From Clostridiaceae bacterium (lineage in GTDB: Bacteria > Bacillota > Clostridia > CAYPLH01 > DUMO01): a stretch of 64,000 nucleotides of DNA. Where the stretch lies: positions 62,001 through 126,000 of the forward strand of contig DUMO01000051.1 in assembly GCA_012839865.1 (NCBI GenBank). The letters are read 5' to 3'. This document shows, piece after piece, positions 1 to 9,526 of this stretch (its first letter is position 1; every line of letters begins with the position of its first letter). Both the position numbers and the translations under genes were made by a program. The notes below the pieces were generated by a model. That model saw only the letters and a list, made by a program, of their open reading frames with translations. It did no database searches and was not told the origin of the DNA.

Positions 1-2
1 TA

Positions 3-350
3 GGGAAAATTGCTTATTCATCATACTCCGCCGGCAAAGAAGTGCCTGAGGAGTATAAAACCCAGTGTGAATCTATAAAAACATGCCTGGACAATATCAA
101 AAATTTTAAGAAGCAAATTATGGCCTTAAAGCAGATTAAGGAATGTCCTTCATGTGGAAATGAACTGGAAATTGATGCTGTTTTCTGTTCAAAATGCGGG
201 GCCAAACAGGAAATAATCAAACCGGAAAATTCAGAAGCAAAGGAATCAGACAAGAATGATACTGCTGAAGAATGTGATAAATGCGAAGACACCCAGGAAG
301 AAAAATCAGATAATGAACAGGACGACGAATCTGAAACCGAGGTTGAATGA
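3..350 (+). CDS. Zinc-ribbon domain protein, 5'-partial, acidic C-terminal tail
   Basis: Frame is open back to the window edge (GKIAYSSYSAGKEVPEE...); CPSCG...FCSKCG double zinc-ribbon motif. Confidence 0.75.
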   Translation, partial: GKIAYSSYSAGKEVPEEYKTQCESIKTCLDNIKNFKKQIMALKQIKECPSCGNELEIDAVFCSKCGAKQEIIKPENSEAKESDKNDTAEECDKCEDTQEEKSDNEQDDESETEVE

Positions 351-373
351 GAATAGGTTCTGTTACTTATAAC

Positions 374-405
374 AAAAGCTCGGAGGCGTATGTCACCGGG
401 CTTTT
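374..405 (+). terminator. Probable intrinsic terminator
   Basis: AAAAGCTCGG...CCGGGCTTTT hairpin just after the stop at 350. Confidence 0.6.
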
Positions 406-581
406 ATTCTTTGGCTGCAATAACTTGCATAATTTACACTGTTAAAATATAATATACTTGATTTCGGATGTTTAAAGCCTGCAACAAAGCGGCCAGGAAA
501 ACAATTCTTCGATTTGTGGGACAAGTATTGCTCATGTTTTAAAATATTATTATTCAGGGAAACAGGTAAGGGGGTCATCAC

Positions 582-1457
582 TTGGACGGGCAGAGCAGAA
601 TCTGTAATTATTGCAAGGAGGCTATTGATGTAAATTTAAGACGATGCCCATATTGCGGAAGCCTTCTTCGTAACACCGCAAAAGAAGGTGATGGGGATTT
701 TTCTTTTAACGATAAAGTTGACATAAGCTTTGGAAATTTAAAATATGTTGAAAATATCAAAGGTGAAAGAGATGCCGAAAGAGTCGAAAGTGATGCTCAA
801 AGTACTGAAAAAATCAAATACGAAAGCACAGTCGGCATTATAGAGGAAACAGCAGGAGAGGTAAGCCTGGAGGTTGCACCTGATTCTGAAAATGCAACTG
901 ATCATGACAGCAGCGCACTTTTATCAGACCCAATAATCATTTCAGCGGAAACTTTTGATATGGAAAATTCCAAACCGGACATTGATATAAAAGATGATGA
1001 GCCTCAGGCCGGAAGTGCTTTTAAAACCGATGAATCCGAGGCTGGAAGCGTTAAAAAACCTCACGAACTTACGACCGGCAATGCCATAAAAACCGATGAA
1101 CCCCAAACAGGCAGCGTTGTTCAGGATGAATACAGCACAGCAAGGCATGAGCCAACTGCTGCAAAACAACTGCATGACATGGAGCGAAGCAGGGAAGTCT
1201 ATAATCGAAAGCCTAAAAGGAAACTTGGCAATGGCATGAAAGTCTTTCTAACAGTCCTGTGCACAATCATTCCAGGTATTGGTCAGTTGGCAGGTGTCAT
1301 TATCGGAATCGCTTTTATGGCTGCCGAGGATGATGATGACAGCAGAACCTTCGGGACGGCTTTAATGATAGCAAGCGTGATCATGTTTTTTATTTCATGT
1401 GTTTTTTATGCCATCCTGTCCATTCTTTTGGTGAACTATAACGTTTTTGGATGGTGA
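582..1457 (+). CDS. Membrane protein with N-terminal zinc ribbon, disordered acidic linker and C-terminal TM helices
   Basis: CNYC...CPYC at the N-terminus; acidic low-complexity middle; hydrophobic C-terminal segments; GGGGGT SD before TTG. Confidence 0.75.
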   Translation: MDGQSRICNYCKEAIDVNLRRCPYCGSLLRNTAKEGDGDFSFNDKVDISFGNLKYVENIKGERDAERVESDAQSTEKIKYESTVGIIEETAGEVSLEVAPDSENATDHDSSALLSDPIIISAETFDMENSKPDIDIKDDEPQAGSAFKTDESEAGSVKKPHELTTGNAIKTDEPQTGSVVQDEYSTARHEPTAAKQLHDMERSREVYNRKPKRKLGNGMKVFLTVLCTIIPGIGQLAGVIIGIAFMAAEDDDDSRTFGTALMIASVIMFFISCVFYAILSILLVNYNVFGW

Positions 1458-2037
1458 TAATTTGTATAGCGAGAAACAAAAAATACGAAAGCAGATGCTC
1501 TTGTTAAGGGACGGCATGACCCGGGAAGAGGTGGAGTTTCTCAGCAAAGAAATAATTGACAGAGTTTATTCAATGCAACAGTTTAAAGAAAGCAATCTTA
1601 TTATGTCATATGTAAACTTCAGAAATGAAGTCAAGACTGTTGATTTTATTGATAAATGCATTTCTTTGGGCAAGAAGGTTGCTGTTCCGAAAATTGTTGA
1701 TACCGGAGAAAAAAGACAGGAAATTATTGCGGTACAAATAACCGGAGTCAGTCACCTTGCAAAAGGAAAGTTTGGAATATTGGAGCCCGGTGAAAAGAAT
1801 TTAGCTGTGATTGACCCGTCATGTCTGGATTTTATTGTTGTTCCGGGTATCGCCTTTGATTTGAACAAAAACCGTTTGGGCTTCGGCAAAGGGTTCTATG
1901 ACAGGTTCCTGTCCCGCACAAACACCAGGTGCATTAAAGTTGGTCTGGCATACGAAATGCAAATAATCGAAAGTCTACCCTTCTCACATTATGATATACC
2001 TTTGGATTTTGTTGTAACAGAAAAAAGAATGCTATAG
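1447..2037 (+). CDS. 5-formyltetrahydrofolate cyclo-ligase
   Basis: K..IRK N-terminus, GKFGILEP, DFIVVPGIAFD..KNRLGFGKGFYDRFL, D.PLDFVVTE family motifs. Confidence 0.95.
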   Translation: MDGDNLYSEKQKIRKQMLLLRDGMTREEVEFLSKEIIDRVYSMQQFKESNLIMSYVNFRNEVKTVDFIDKCISLGKKVAVPKIVDTGEKRQEIIAVQITGVSHLAKGKFGILEPGEKNLAVIDPSCLDFIVVPGIAFDLNKNRLGFGKGFYDRFLSRTNTRCIKVGLAYEMQIIESLPFSHYDIPLDFVVTEKRML

Positions 2038-2046
2038 CTTTTATTA

Positions 2047-2997
2047 ATGGAGGCAGTGTTGAAGCAAAAGTTATCGGTAGTCGGAGCCAATTTGGTTTTT
2101 GCCGCAATTGTAACAGGTTATTTTGTTTTTGAAATAATCCTGGTTATACTCAGAATATTGCTTGAAAGAGTCTATGGCAGTGAATTTGTTAAATTTACGG
2201 TAATGGATAATTTATACTATACAACGCTGGCTCAGTTTATTTTATTGCTTTTTCCGGTTCTTTTTTACTCATTTGCAAGAAATAATGATATTCTGAAAGT
2301 TTTCAGGCTAAACAAGTTGAAGTTCTCACACATAGTTATAGTTGCCCTTGTTTCAATTCCTGCCTGTTTTGCGGCAAAAGCATTGAATACAATAAATTTA
2401 TATATGCTTCAACCCTTTGTTGATATTCCGGAAGTCTACCTGCCGGTTCCAGGGAATATTTCGGAGTTGTTGGTTGTGATATTTACCATAGCTGTCACTC
2501 CTGCCATATGCGAAGAATTTCTTTTCAGAGGGCTTATGCTCAGTTCATATGAAATCAGGGGTTCAATGAGAGCCGTGGTCATAACCTCCATTATGTTTGC
2601 AATTTACCACTTTGACATAACCAATGTTGCAGGTACAATTTTCTCAGGAATTTTATTCGGATATATGGTGCTTCGGACCAACTCCCTTTATTCAGCTGTA
2701 ATTGCCCATTTCATCAATAATACCATTGCTGAATTATTAATATACAGGAGCGGAATTGAATACCCGGTGCCTGTTGTTGTTTCAGTTTTGGATTTTAAAT
2801 ATTCATTATATTATCTTCTGGTCAGTCTCTTTTTGATATTTTTCTTAATGAAACTGCTGGTCAAAGTCACACAGGGAGTTTACACTCCAAAACCTCCTAT
2901 CGCCCGGATCAGGGATGACTTTATTTCCGTTTTGTCCCATTGGCCAATTATACTGGTTCTCTTCTTATACATAGCCACAATACATATTTTTTATTGA
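2047..2997 (+). CDS. CPBP/Abi family intramembrane glutamic endopeptidase
   Basis: EEFLFRG, FAIYH and AVIAHFINN motifs in a multi-TM protein. Confidence 0.9.
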   Translation: MEAVLKQKLSVVGANLVFAAIVTGYFVFEIILVILRILLERVYGSEFVKFTVMDNLYYTTLAQFILLLFPVLFYSFARNNDILKVFRLNKLKFSHIVIVALVSIPACFAAKALNTINLYMLQPFVDIPEVYLPVPGNISELLVVIFTIAVTPAICEEFLFRGLMLSSYEIRGSMRAVVITSIMFAIYHFDITNVAGTIFSGILFGYMVLRTNSLYSAVIAHFINNTIAELLIYRSGIEYPVPVVVSVLDFKYSLYYLLVSLFLIFFLMKLLVKVTQGVYTPKPPIARIRDDFISVLSHWPIILVLFLYIATIHIFY

Positions 2998-3080
2998 TAA
3001 AAAAGGTTCAAGCCCTTCTTCATAATGATTTTGTCCTTTCTATATACTATAGTATAAAATCTTTTGTGAGGTGAATTGGC

Positions 3081-4199
3081 TTGATTGATGCTAAGTCATA
3101 TTCAGCTAATCGTGATACTTGCAACAAACTCAGGCAAGCACTGGATATACTCACAATGAACTCCCATGAATTAATATCATACATTGAAGATCAATTGAAA
3201 AAATACCTGGTTTCTGAATTTTTCATATCCAACGAAGCAAACAGCATCAATATACGGGGACAAAGAAATAAATACAATCCTGCAGGTTTAAGGAAAGAAA
3301 TTGAGGACTTCAATGAAGAAAGTGAGGCACAACTCCCGAAATATTTCCATAATGGCAAATTTTTAAGGGATTACTTATATTTTCAGTTGCACACGTCAAT
3401 GCTGAATAAAAAGGAAATGCTGATCGGTGAATATATAATTGATAATATAGATGAAAACGGATATCTGACAACCAATTTGGAAAAAATTTCAGTTTTGTTT
3501 CAGATACCGGTGGATAGAGTTGAAAAAGTCCTTTTTGTAATTCATACCTTCGACCCCCCTGGAATTTGCGCCAGAAATCTTGAAGAGTGCCTTCTCATTC
3601 AGCTTAATCAAAACGGAATACATGATTCGGATGTCCAAAAAGCCATAAAATATCATCTTGATGATTTTGCCTGGCTAGATGCAGAGGAAATTTCAAAAAA
3701 AATGGGTATAAGTCAAAGCAGGGTGGAGGAAATACTGAAAATCATAAAAGGGCTCGAACCTAAACCGGGAAGGGCATTTTTCAATAATAATGAAATCAAT
3801 TACATAATTCCTGACATTCTGATTGAGAAATCAGATAAAAAATTTAAAGTCAGGTTAAACAGAGACTCCCTGCCGTCGGTGGATATTAACTACCTTAGAA
3901 ACAAAATGAATGATTCGGTGCAAATGCTCCGTATTTCCGCCAAAGATTATGAAGACAGCATCTTATGGCTGGCAAAATGTATTGAAAACAGAGTTAAAAT
4001 ATTAATGAAAATCACTCATTACATAGTTAAGAACAGTCAGGACTTCTTCTTATACGGGAAGAATCATTTCACGAGAATATCCATTGATAAAGCTGAAAAA
4101 GACCTGAAAATAAAGCGCAGCATCATAAAAAGAGTAGTAAAAAACAAATATTTAAAATGCAGCTTCGGAATTTATGAAATAAGTAAATTTTTCTATTAG
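3081..4199 (+). CDS. Sigma-54 (RpoN)-like protein, C-terminally truncated (no RpoN box)
   Basis: LRQALDIL..NSHEL..YIE (region I-like), YIIDNIDENGYL...DPPGICARNLEECLLIQL (core-binding domain), LEPKPG...YIIPD, ends at KNKYLKCSFGIYEISKFFY; no ARRTVAKYR-type segment. Confidence 0.85.
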   Translation: MIDAKSYSANRDTCNKLRQALDILTMNSHELISYIEDQLKKYLVSEFFISNEANSINIRGQRNKYNPAGLRKEIEDFNEESEAQLPKYFHNGKFLRDYLYFQLHTSMLNKKEMLIGEYIIDNIDENGYLTTNLEKISVLFQIPVDRVEKVLFVIHTFDPPGICARNLEECLLIQLNQNGIHDSDVQKAIKYHLDDFAWLDAEEISKKMGISQSRVEEILKIIKGLEPKPGRAFFNNNEINYIIPDILIEKSDKKFKVRLNRDSLPSVDINYLRNKMNDSVQMLRISAKDYEDSILWLAKCIENRVKILMKITHYIVKNSQDFFLYGKNHFTRISIDKAEKDLKIKRSIIKRVVKNKYLKCSFGIYEISKFFY

Positions 4200-4245
4200 A
4201 TAAAATTAATAAAAATATGTTGAATATACTGAAACGGGCACAATC

Positions 4246-4551
4246 TTAAAAAGGCCATTCAAAAGGTTTTTTCTGTTCTGCTCCAAGAAAGCCTGATATG
4301 CCCTGGCTTCCAAAAAACTCTCTCTCCAGATCTTTTATGCGTTCTTCAGTATAATAGTTCATTTCTCCGAGCTTTTTTACTTCATCGGCAAATTCGCGTA
4401 TTTTTTCAATTTCCCTAAATGTCAGAACAGTCTGGCAACTGTCTGAATTTAAAATACGGTTCAGCTCGGATGAATATTCATATCCATCGTCAACATCCTT
4501 ATAACCGCTTTTTAAAAAGTGTTCCAAATTTTTTGGTATTTCTCTTGGCAT
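4246..4551 (-). CDS. Hypothetical protein (~101 aa)
   Basis: ORF track 4246-4713; ATG at 4551 follows GGGGTG, giving MPREIPKNLEHFL...; charged protein-like composition; family not recognised. Confidence 0.6.
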   Translation of the reverse strand: MPREIPKNLEHFLKSGYKDVDDGYEYSSELNRILNSDSCQTVLTFREIEKIREFADEVKKLGEMNYYTEERIKDLEREFFGSQGISGFLGAEQKKPFEWPF

Positions 4552-4977
4552 GAACAACACCCCATGTTCATTTTTTAATAAAGCATTTAAAAAAATGTAA
4601 ACTCTCATCCTCACACGCCTTGGTGGTTGTTTTGTTTTTTGACCAATCTCTCCTTGACCCGCGTTTGGCGATGATGTCCGGTTGTGGAAGTACATAATTC
4701 GCATACCCGGCAAGGCGCTCTTATGGTATACCGCTTAATTGTATTTTACCAAAAATTCCGATAATATGGACAACTTTTTAATTAGTTTATTTCAGCATAT
4801 ATTCTTATATGAATTGATTTTTCAAAAACAAAAACGCGGTGAGCACTATGCCGGCAAAAAACAGGAAGGTAATTGTAACATACGGTAAAGATAAGAATAC
4901 CCTACAGGTTTTATACAGGCTGCTGCATGTTTTCACAAAGGCAAACGCTGATAAATACAATGATTTGAGGGGTAGGA

Positions 4978-6528
4978 ATGTTTTTGGAAAAAAGCAGGGC
5001 TGATTATAGAATTGCAATTTATGTTCGTGAGAGCAGGGATGAGGACGGGGAAAACTTTGAAACCATTGAAACCCAAAGGGATCTGCTTATAGATTTTGTA
5101 AGCCGCAATAATCTGGGAAACATCCATAAAATTTACATGGATGACAATGTATCAGGGGCTGGATTTGAAAGGGAAGGCCTTAAAGAGCTGAAACAGGACA
5201 TTGAGAACGGATTTGTAAATCTTGTGGTTATAAAGGATTTATCAAGACTTGGCCGTAATAATGCCCAGACACTGCTTTTTCTTGATTACCTGGAAGAGCA
5301 GGGAGTAAGGGTTATTTCCAGCGACGGCCGGTATGACAGCGAAAAGGACAACGAAACAGTGGGAATTGAAACTTGGTATAATGAGCGTTTCTTGAGAGAT
5401 ATTTCCAGAAAGGTAAGGGCAAACCTGCTTCACAAGATAAACAGGGGAGAATATCTGGGCAGTGCCCCCTTCGGATATAAAAAATCTGAAAAAAGGAAAA
5501 ATCATTTGTGCATTGATGAGTCCACTGCATATATAGTAAGGGAAATATTTGAACTGTATAAAAAAGGTTTTGGCTATTCAGCCATTTCAAAAATACTCAA
5601 CGATAAAGGATATCCCTCACCATCCTCCCGCAACGGTGTTAAGGGAGGAAAATGGAATCATGTTGCCGTCCGGAGGATATTGTGCAACAGGGTGTATATT
5701 GGAGACACGGTTCAGAGGGTAAGCGAAAAAATCAGCTTTAAAAGCAAAAAAACAAGGCGCTTGCCGGAAAAAATGTGGGTCATAACCGAGAAGACCCATG
5801 AACCTGTAATTGATTCAGACACTTTTTACGAAGTTCAAAAAATCAGACAGGGCAGGAAAAAGGGGGCAGGCAACCACAAAGGCACCCTGCATGTCTTTAA
5901 AGGGCTGTTGTATTGCGGAAGGTGCTCAAAACCTTTATTTGCAAGAAAGCGCCCGAACCGCCCCATGGGCTATATATGCAGCAATTATTTGAAAAATGGC
6001 AGTAAGAACTGCACAAGCCATTATGTCAATGAAGAAAAACTTATTGAAACAATTGCAGGAGATCTTGTTTGTGCTTATCAAAAGGAAGACCGGAAAGAAG
6101 TGTTGTTAAACCTGTTATCTGAAGAAATGGGGAAGGGTCAGGAGAACAGTGCAAAAATCAGGCAACTTCGAAAAAATCTTGAAAACAGGATTAAACAACA
6201 GGATGTTTTATATATGGATAAGCTTGAGGGAAATATATCAAGTGAACTTTTTGAAAGAACCAACAGCTACCTGGAGAGTGTTATAAAGTCCCTTCGAAAA
6301 ACTATTGCTGAGTTGGAAAACACGCAGAGCAGCAAATTCATTGAGGCTCCGGAGATTTTCGATGATTTTATAGATAGTCTGAAAAAGGGAAACCTGACAT
6401 ATCATATGGCTCAAACCCTTATTACGAAAATAACGGTTTATGATCCGGGCGATATTTTGCCTGAAGGTGTTGAAACCGGAAATAGTGGTACAGGTCTGCT
6501 GCATATAACTTATATTTGTAAACTATAG
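4978..6528 (+). CDS. Large serine recombinase (resolvase + recombinase + zinc-ribbon + coiled-coil domains)
   Basis: AIYVRES (catalytic Ser motif), DLSRLGR, APFGY, LYCGRC...YIC...C zinc ribbon, coiled-coil C-terminus. Confidence 0.92.
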   Translation: MFLEKSRADYRIAIYVRESRDEDGENFETIETQRDLLIDFVSRNNLGNIHKIYMDDNVSGAGFEREGLKELKQDIENGFVNLVVIKDLSRLGRNNAQTLLFLDYLEEQGVRVISSDGRYDSEKDNETVGIETWYNERFLRDISRKVRANLLHKINRGEYLGSAPFGYKKSEKRKNHLCIDESTAYIVREIFELYKKGFGYSAISKILNDKGYPSPSSRNGVKGGKWNHVAVRRILCNRVYIGDTVQRVSEKISFKSKKTRRLPEKMWVITEKTHEPVIDSDTFYEVQKIRQGRKKGAGNHKGTLHVFKGLLYCGRCSKPLFARKRPNRPMGYICSNYLKNGSKNCTSHYVNEEKLIETIAGDLVCAYQKEDRKEVLLNLLSEEMGKGQENSAKIRQLRKNLENRIKQQDVLYMDKLEGNISSELFERTNSYLESVIKSLRKTIAELENTQSSKFIEAPEIFDDFIDSLKKGNLTYHMAQTLITKITVYDPGDILPEGVETGNSGTGLLHITYICKL

Positions 6529-6588
6529 GTTGACTTGACACATTCATTGTGATAAATTTAACGCTGAGAAAACATTCAACAGGAGGAC

Positions 6589-6993
6589 TTGGCAAATATC
6601 ATGAGCAATGTTGCTACCACAATTATAACAATATTTATTGTTGTTTTTTTAGCCATAATGCTGCTTTCATTTATAATTGTGCTGCTGTCCAAAATGACTG
6701 CATCCAGGTCAAAAGACTCATCAGGAAGCGTAAATGGCAACCAAGGCCAGGACTCATCTGAAACCATTGGCCATATAGGTTTCATAAGAAATGTTGATAC
6801 TCAGAACGACAGTGAATTAATAGCAGTTCTGACGGCAGCAGTAAATGCTTTTACAAGTGGCAGTCCTGATTCAAAATTTATTGTCAGGTCATATAGACGA
6901 ATTCAACAGAGTTCGCCTATTTGGAATACAATAAGCAGAAAAGAGCAGATTCTCGGCAGTAATGCATATATTAGATTCAACCACAAGAAGTAA
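6589..6993 (+). CDS. OadG-like (Na+-translocating decarboxylase gamma/delta subunit family) protein
   Basis: Single N-terminal TM helix, linker, ELIAVLTAAV and FIVRSYRR...SPIWN motifs. True start may be ATG 6601. Confidence 0.7.
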   Translation: MANIMSNVATTIITIFIVVFLAIMLLSFIIVLLSKMTASRSKDSSGSVNGNQGQDSSETIGHIGFIRNVDTQNDSELIAVLTAAVNAFTSGSPDSKFIVRSYRRIQQSSPIWNTISRKEQILGSNAYIRFNHKK

Positions 6994-7059
6994 AATATTG
7001 TAATTATTTTTTTATTTTTATATCATAATCAAATTAATACAAAAGAAGGAAACAACCCG

Positions 7060-8277
7060 ATGAACACCAAATATGTTGTGCTGTTAGGTGACGGAATGGC
7101 AGATTATCCCATTCCGGAACTGGATAATAAAACACCTCTTCAAGCAGCTTGCAAGCCCAATATGGACAGTCTGGCTGCAAAATCCCTTGTGGGACTGGTG
7201 AAAACTGTCCCGGAAGGGTTGCCGCCTGCAAGTGATGTGGCCAATTTGTCTGTTTTCGGCTATGACCCGAAGAAGCATTATACCGGCCGTTCACCTATTG
7301 AAGCCATCAGCATGGGGGTTAACCTTGCCGATGATGAGGTTGCATTCAGGTGCAATCTTGTAACGTTAACGGAAAACGAGCCATATGAAAGCAAAATTAT
7401 AACCGATCACAGCTCGGATGAAATTACCACCGGTGAAGCTGTTGAGCTTATTAAGGCTGTAAAAAGCCACTTTGAGACAAAGGACTTGAGATTTTACACC
7501 GGAATCAGCTACAGGCATTGCATGGTGTGGAAGAAAGAGAATCCGGACCTGAGGCTCACACCGCCCCATGATATTTTGGGGAAAAAGATAACTGATTTTT
7601 TACCATCAGGGAAGGATGCCCGGATTATCAGAAAAATGATGGAGGAAAGCTTTAATTTTCTGAACTCCCATAATATCAACACCGAGAGAAGAAAACGGGG
7701 ACTAAAACCGGCCAACTCCATTTGGCTTTGGGGGCAGGGAAAGAAACCTTCACTGCCGCTTTTCAGCGAGAAATTTAAAAAAACAGGCTCTGTAATTTCA
7801 GCGGTGGATCTAATAAAGGGGATAGGGATATGTGCCGGTTTGACAGCTGTTGATGTGCCCGGTGCAACCGGAAATATTCACACAAACTTTGAAGGAAAGG
7901 CAGAGGCGGCTTTAAAGGAGCTTCAATCGGGAAAGGATTTCGTATATATACACGTAGAAGCGCCTGATGAGTGCGGACACCGCTTTGAAATGGAGAATAA
8001 AATAAAATCAATAGAGTTGATAGATAAACTGGTTCTGGGGACACTCTTAAAAGGACTTGAGAAATTTGACAGTTACAAAATTATGATTCTTCCCGACCAT
8101 CCAACGCCGCTTTCCCTCAGAACCCATACAGCCGACCCTGTACCATTCATAATTTATGACAATTTAGTTGCGGCAGAGTCCGGCGTCAGCAGCTTTAATG
8201 AAACCGAAGTCAGGGAAAAAGGCATTTTTATAGAAAACGGACATGAACTCATGGAAATTTTTTTGGCTGCCAAATAG
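7060..8277 (+). CDS. apgM: Cofactor-independent phosphoglycerate mutase (ApgM-type, alkaline phosphatase superfamily)
   Basis: LGDGMAD, SDVANLS, HVEAPDECGH, PDHPTP...HT.DPVPF motifs. Confidence 0.92.
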   Translation: MNTKYVVLLGDGMADYPIPELDNKTPLQAACKPNMDSLAAKSLVGLVKTVPEGLPPASDVANLSVFGYDPKKHYTGRSPIEAISMGVNLADDEVAFRCNLVTLTENEPYESKIITDHSSDEITTGEAVELIKAVKSHFETKDLRFYTGISYRHCMVWKKENPDLRLTPPHDILGKKITDFLPSGKDARIIRKMMEESFNFLNSHNINTERRKRGLKPANSIWLWGQGKKPSLPLFSEKFKKTGSVISAVDLIKGIGICAGLTAVDVPGATGNIHTNFEGKAEAALKELQSGKDFVYIHVEAPDECGHRFEMENKIKSIELIDKLVLGTLLKGLEKFDSYKIMILPDHPTPLSLRTHTADPVPFIIYDNLVAAESGVSSFNETEVREKGIFIENGHELMEIFLAAK

Positions 8278-8326
8278 GAACTATAGCACTAATTATTAAA
8301 AAATAGAAAAATATTTCAAAAAAGTA

Positions 8327-8355
8327 TTGATTTCTATTTATAAATTATTTACAAT
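8327..8355 (+). promoter_or_regulatory. Sigma-A-type promoter for abrB
   Basis: TTGATT-N17-TACAAT. Confidence 0.55.
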
Positions 8356-8558
8356 GAAAATATAGAAATTAGAGGATACAACACCAATAATTTTACGAAT
8401 AAACCTTATCATACAGTTGTGAGTTTATTGGTTGTAATTCTTACTCCGACACCGGATTGTTACGTTATAGTCAAAATACATAGTAGTATATATATTATAA
8501 ATATATATATATATAAGTCTTTATGACAAAAGAAACATGAAAGGGGTAAGAAAATTTT

Positions 8559-8801
8559 ATGAGAGCCACAGGTGTTGTAAGGAGAGTTGATCAATTAGGA
8601 AGGATTGTTCTGCCTAAAAAATTAAGAAAAGAGTTCGAGTTTAACGAAAAGAACGACATTGAATTGCTTATTGACGGTGACACAATTGTCCTGAGGAGAT
8701 TCTTGCCTTCCTGTGTATTTTGCAATACAAGGGAAAATGTAAGCGAATATAAGGGCAGAAATATTTGTGAAAACTGCATGGAAGAACTTAAAAAGCTATA
8801 A
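8559..8801 (+). CDS. abrB: AbrB/MazE/SpoVT family transition-state regulator with C-terminal Cys motif
   Basis: MRATGVVRRVDQLGRIVLPK.LR; CVFC...ICENC tail as in clostridial AbrB. Confidence 0.92.
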   Translation: MRATGVVRRVDQLGRIVLPKKLRKEFEFNEKNDIELLIDGDTIVLRRFLPSCVFCNTRENVSEYKGRNICENCMEELKKL

Positions 8802-8838
8802 CATATAATTAACTATAAACATACATTGTAATTGGCTT

Positions 8839-8870
8839 AAAAAAAGGGGACTTGATGTCCCTTTATTTTT
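8839..8870. terminator. Bidirectional terminator between convergent abrB and cotJC
   Basis: A-tract-GGGAC-loop-GTCCC-T-tract. Confidence 0.65.
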
Positions 8871-9498
8871 TTAGTCCATAAGCTTCTTTGTTTGATTCAG
8901 CTAGTTTTTCTTCTTTAGGTTTGCTCATGTAGAACTTTTTCTGTCCGAGTTTTTCCTGCACAATTCCAAGAGCTTCTCCGAACCTCTGGAAATGTACAAT
9001 TTCCCGGGCTCTTAAGAACCTGAGGGGGTCAATAACATCAGGGTCATCCGCAAGATTTATCAAGTTCTCATAAGTGGCTCTGGCTTTTTGTTCTGCTGCA
9101 AGATTCTCATGCAAATCTGCTATGGGATCGCCTTTGGATTGTATATATGCTGCAGTAAAAGGTACACCTGACGCACTGACCGGATAAACAGCATGATCAT
9201 GGTCGGAATAATAAGCTCCAAGACCCATCTTTTCCAACACATCCGGAGGAACGCCTTTAGTCAGCTGGAAAACCATTGTTCCGACTATCTCCAGGTGGGC
9301 AAGCTCTTCAGTACCGATATCGTTGAGAATTGCTTTTGCTTCTTCTGTAGGCATGCTGAATCTTTGACTTAAATACCTTAACGACGCTGCCAGTTCACCA
9401 TCAGGGCCACCATACTGAGTTATAATATATTTAGCCATTTTAGGGTTTTTATTTTTTATCTTCACCGGGTATTCCAATTTTTTTTCATAAATCCACAT
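8863..9498 (-). CDS. cotJC: Spore coat protein CotJC (Mn-catalase family)
   Basis: MWIYEKKLEYPV...QYGGPDGEL, DIGTEELAHLE, EQKARATYE, REIVHFQRFGE. Confidence 0.95.
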   Translation of the reverse strand: MWIYEKKLEYPVKIKNKNPKMAKYIITQYGGPDGELAASLRYLSQRFSMPTEEAKAILNDIGTEELAHLEIVGTMVFQLTKGVPPDVLEKMGLGAYYSDHDHAVYPVSASGVPFTAAYIQSKGDPIADLHENLAAEQKARATYENLINLADDPDVIDPLRFLRAREIVHFQRFGEALGIVQEKLGQKKFYMSKPKEEKLAESNKEAYGLKK

Positions 9499-9526
9499 AA
9501 TTAAACCTCCTTATTTTTTTGCAAAA

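Noticed and set aside
350..1447. 6S RNA upstream of the 5-formyl-THF cyclo-ligase, as in E. coli ssrS-ygfA
   Set aside because: The upstream region is an ordinary CDS and the 350-580 gap shows only a terminator and promoter-like sequence.
3081..6590. Skin-like element: the LSR excises DNA to restore a full rpoN
   Set aside because: I found no RpoN-box-coding remainder downstream of the recombinase (6528-6590 leads straight into the oadG-like gene) and no att-like repeats.
8485..8516. (AT)n run upstream of abrB
   Set aside because: Short low-complexity tract in an AT-rich UTR; no evidence of function.
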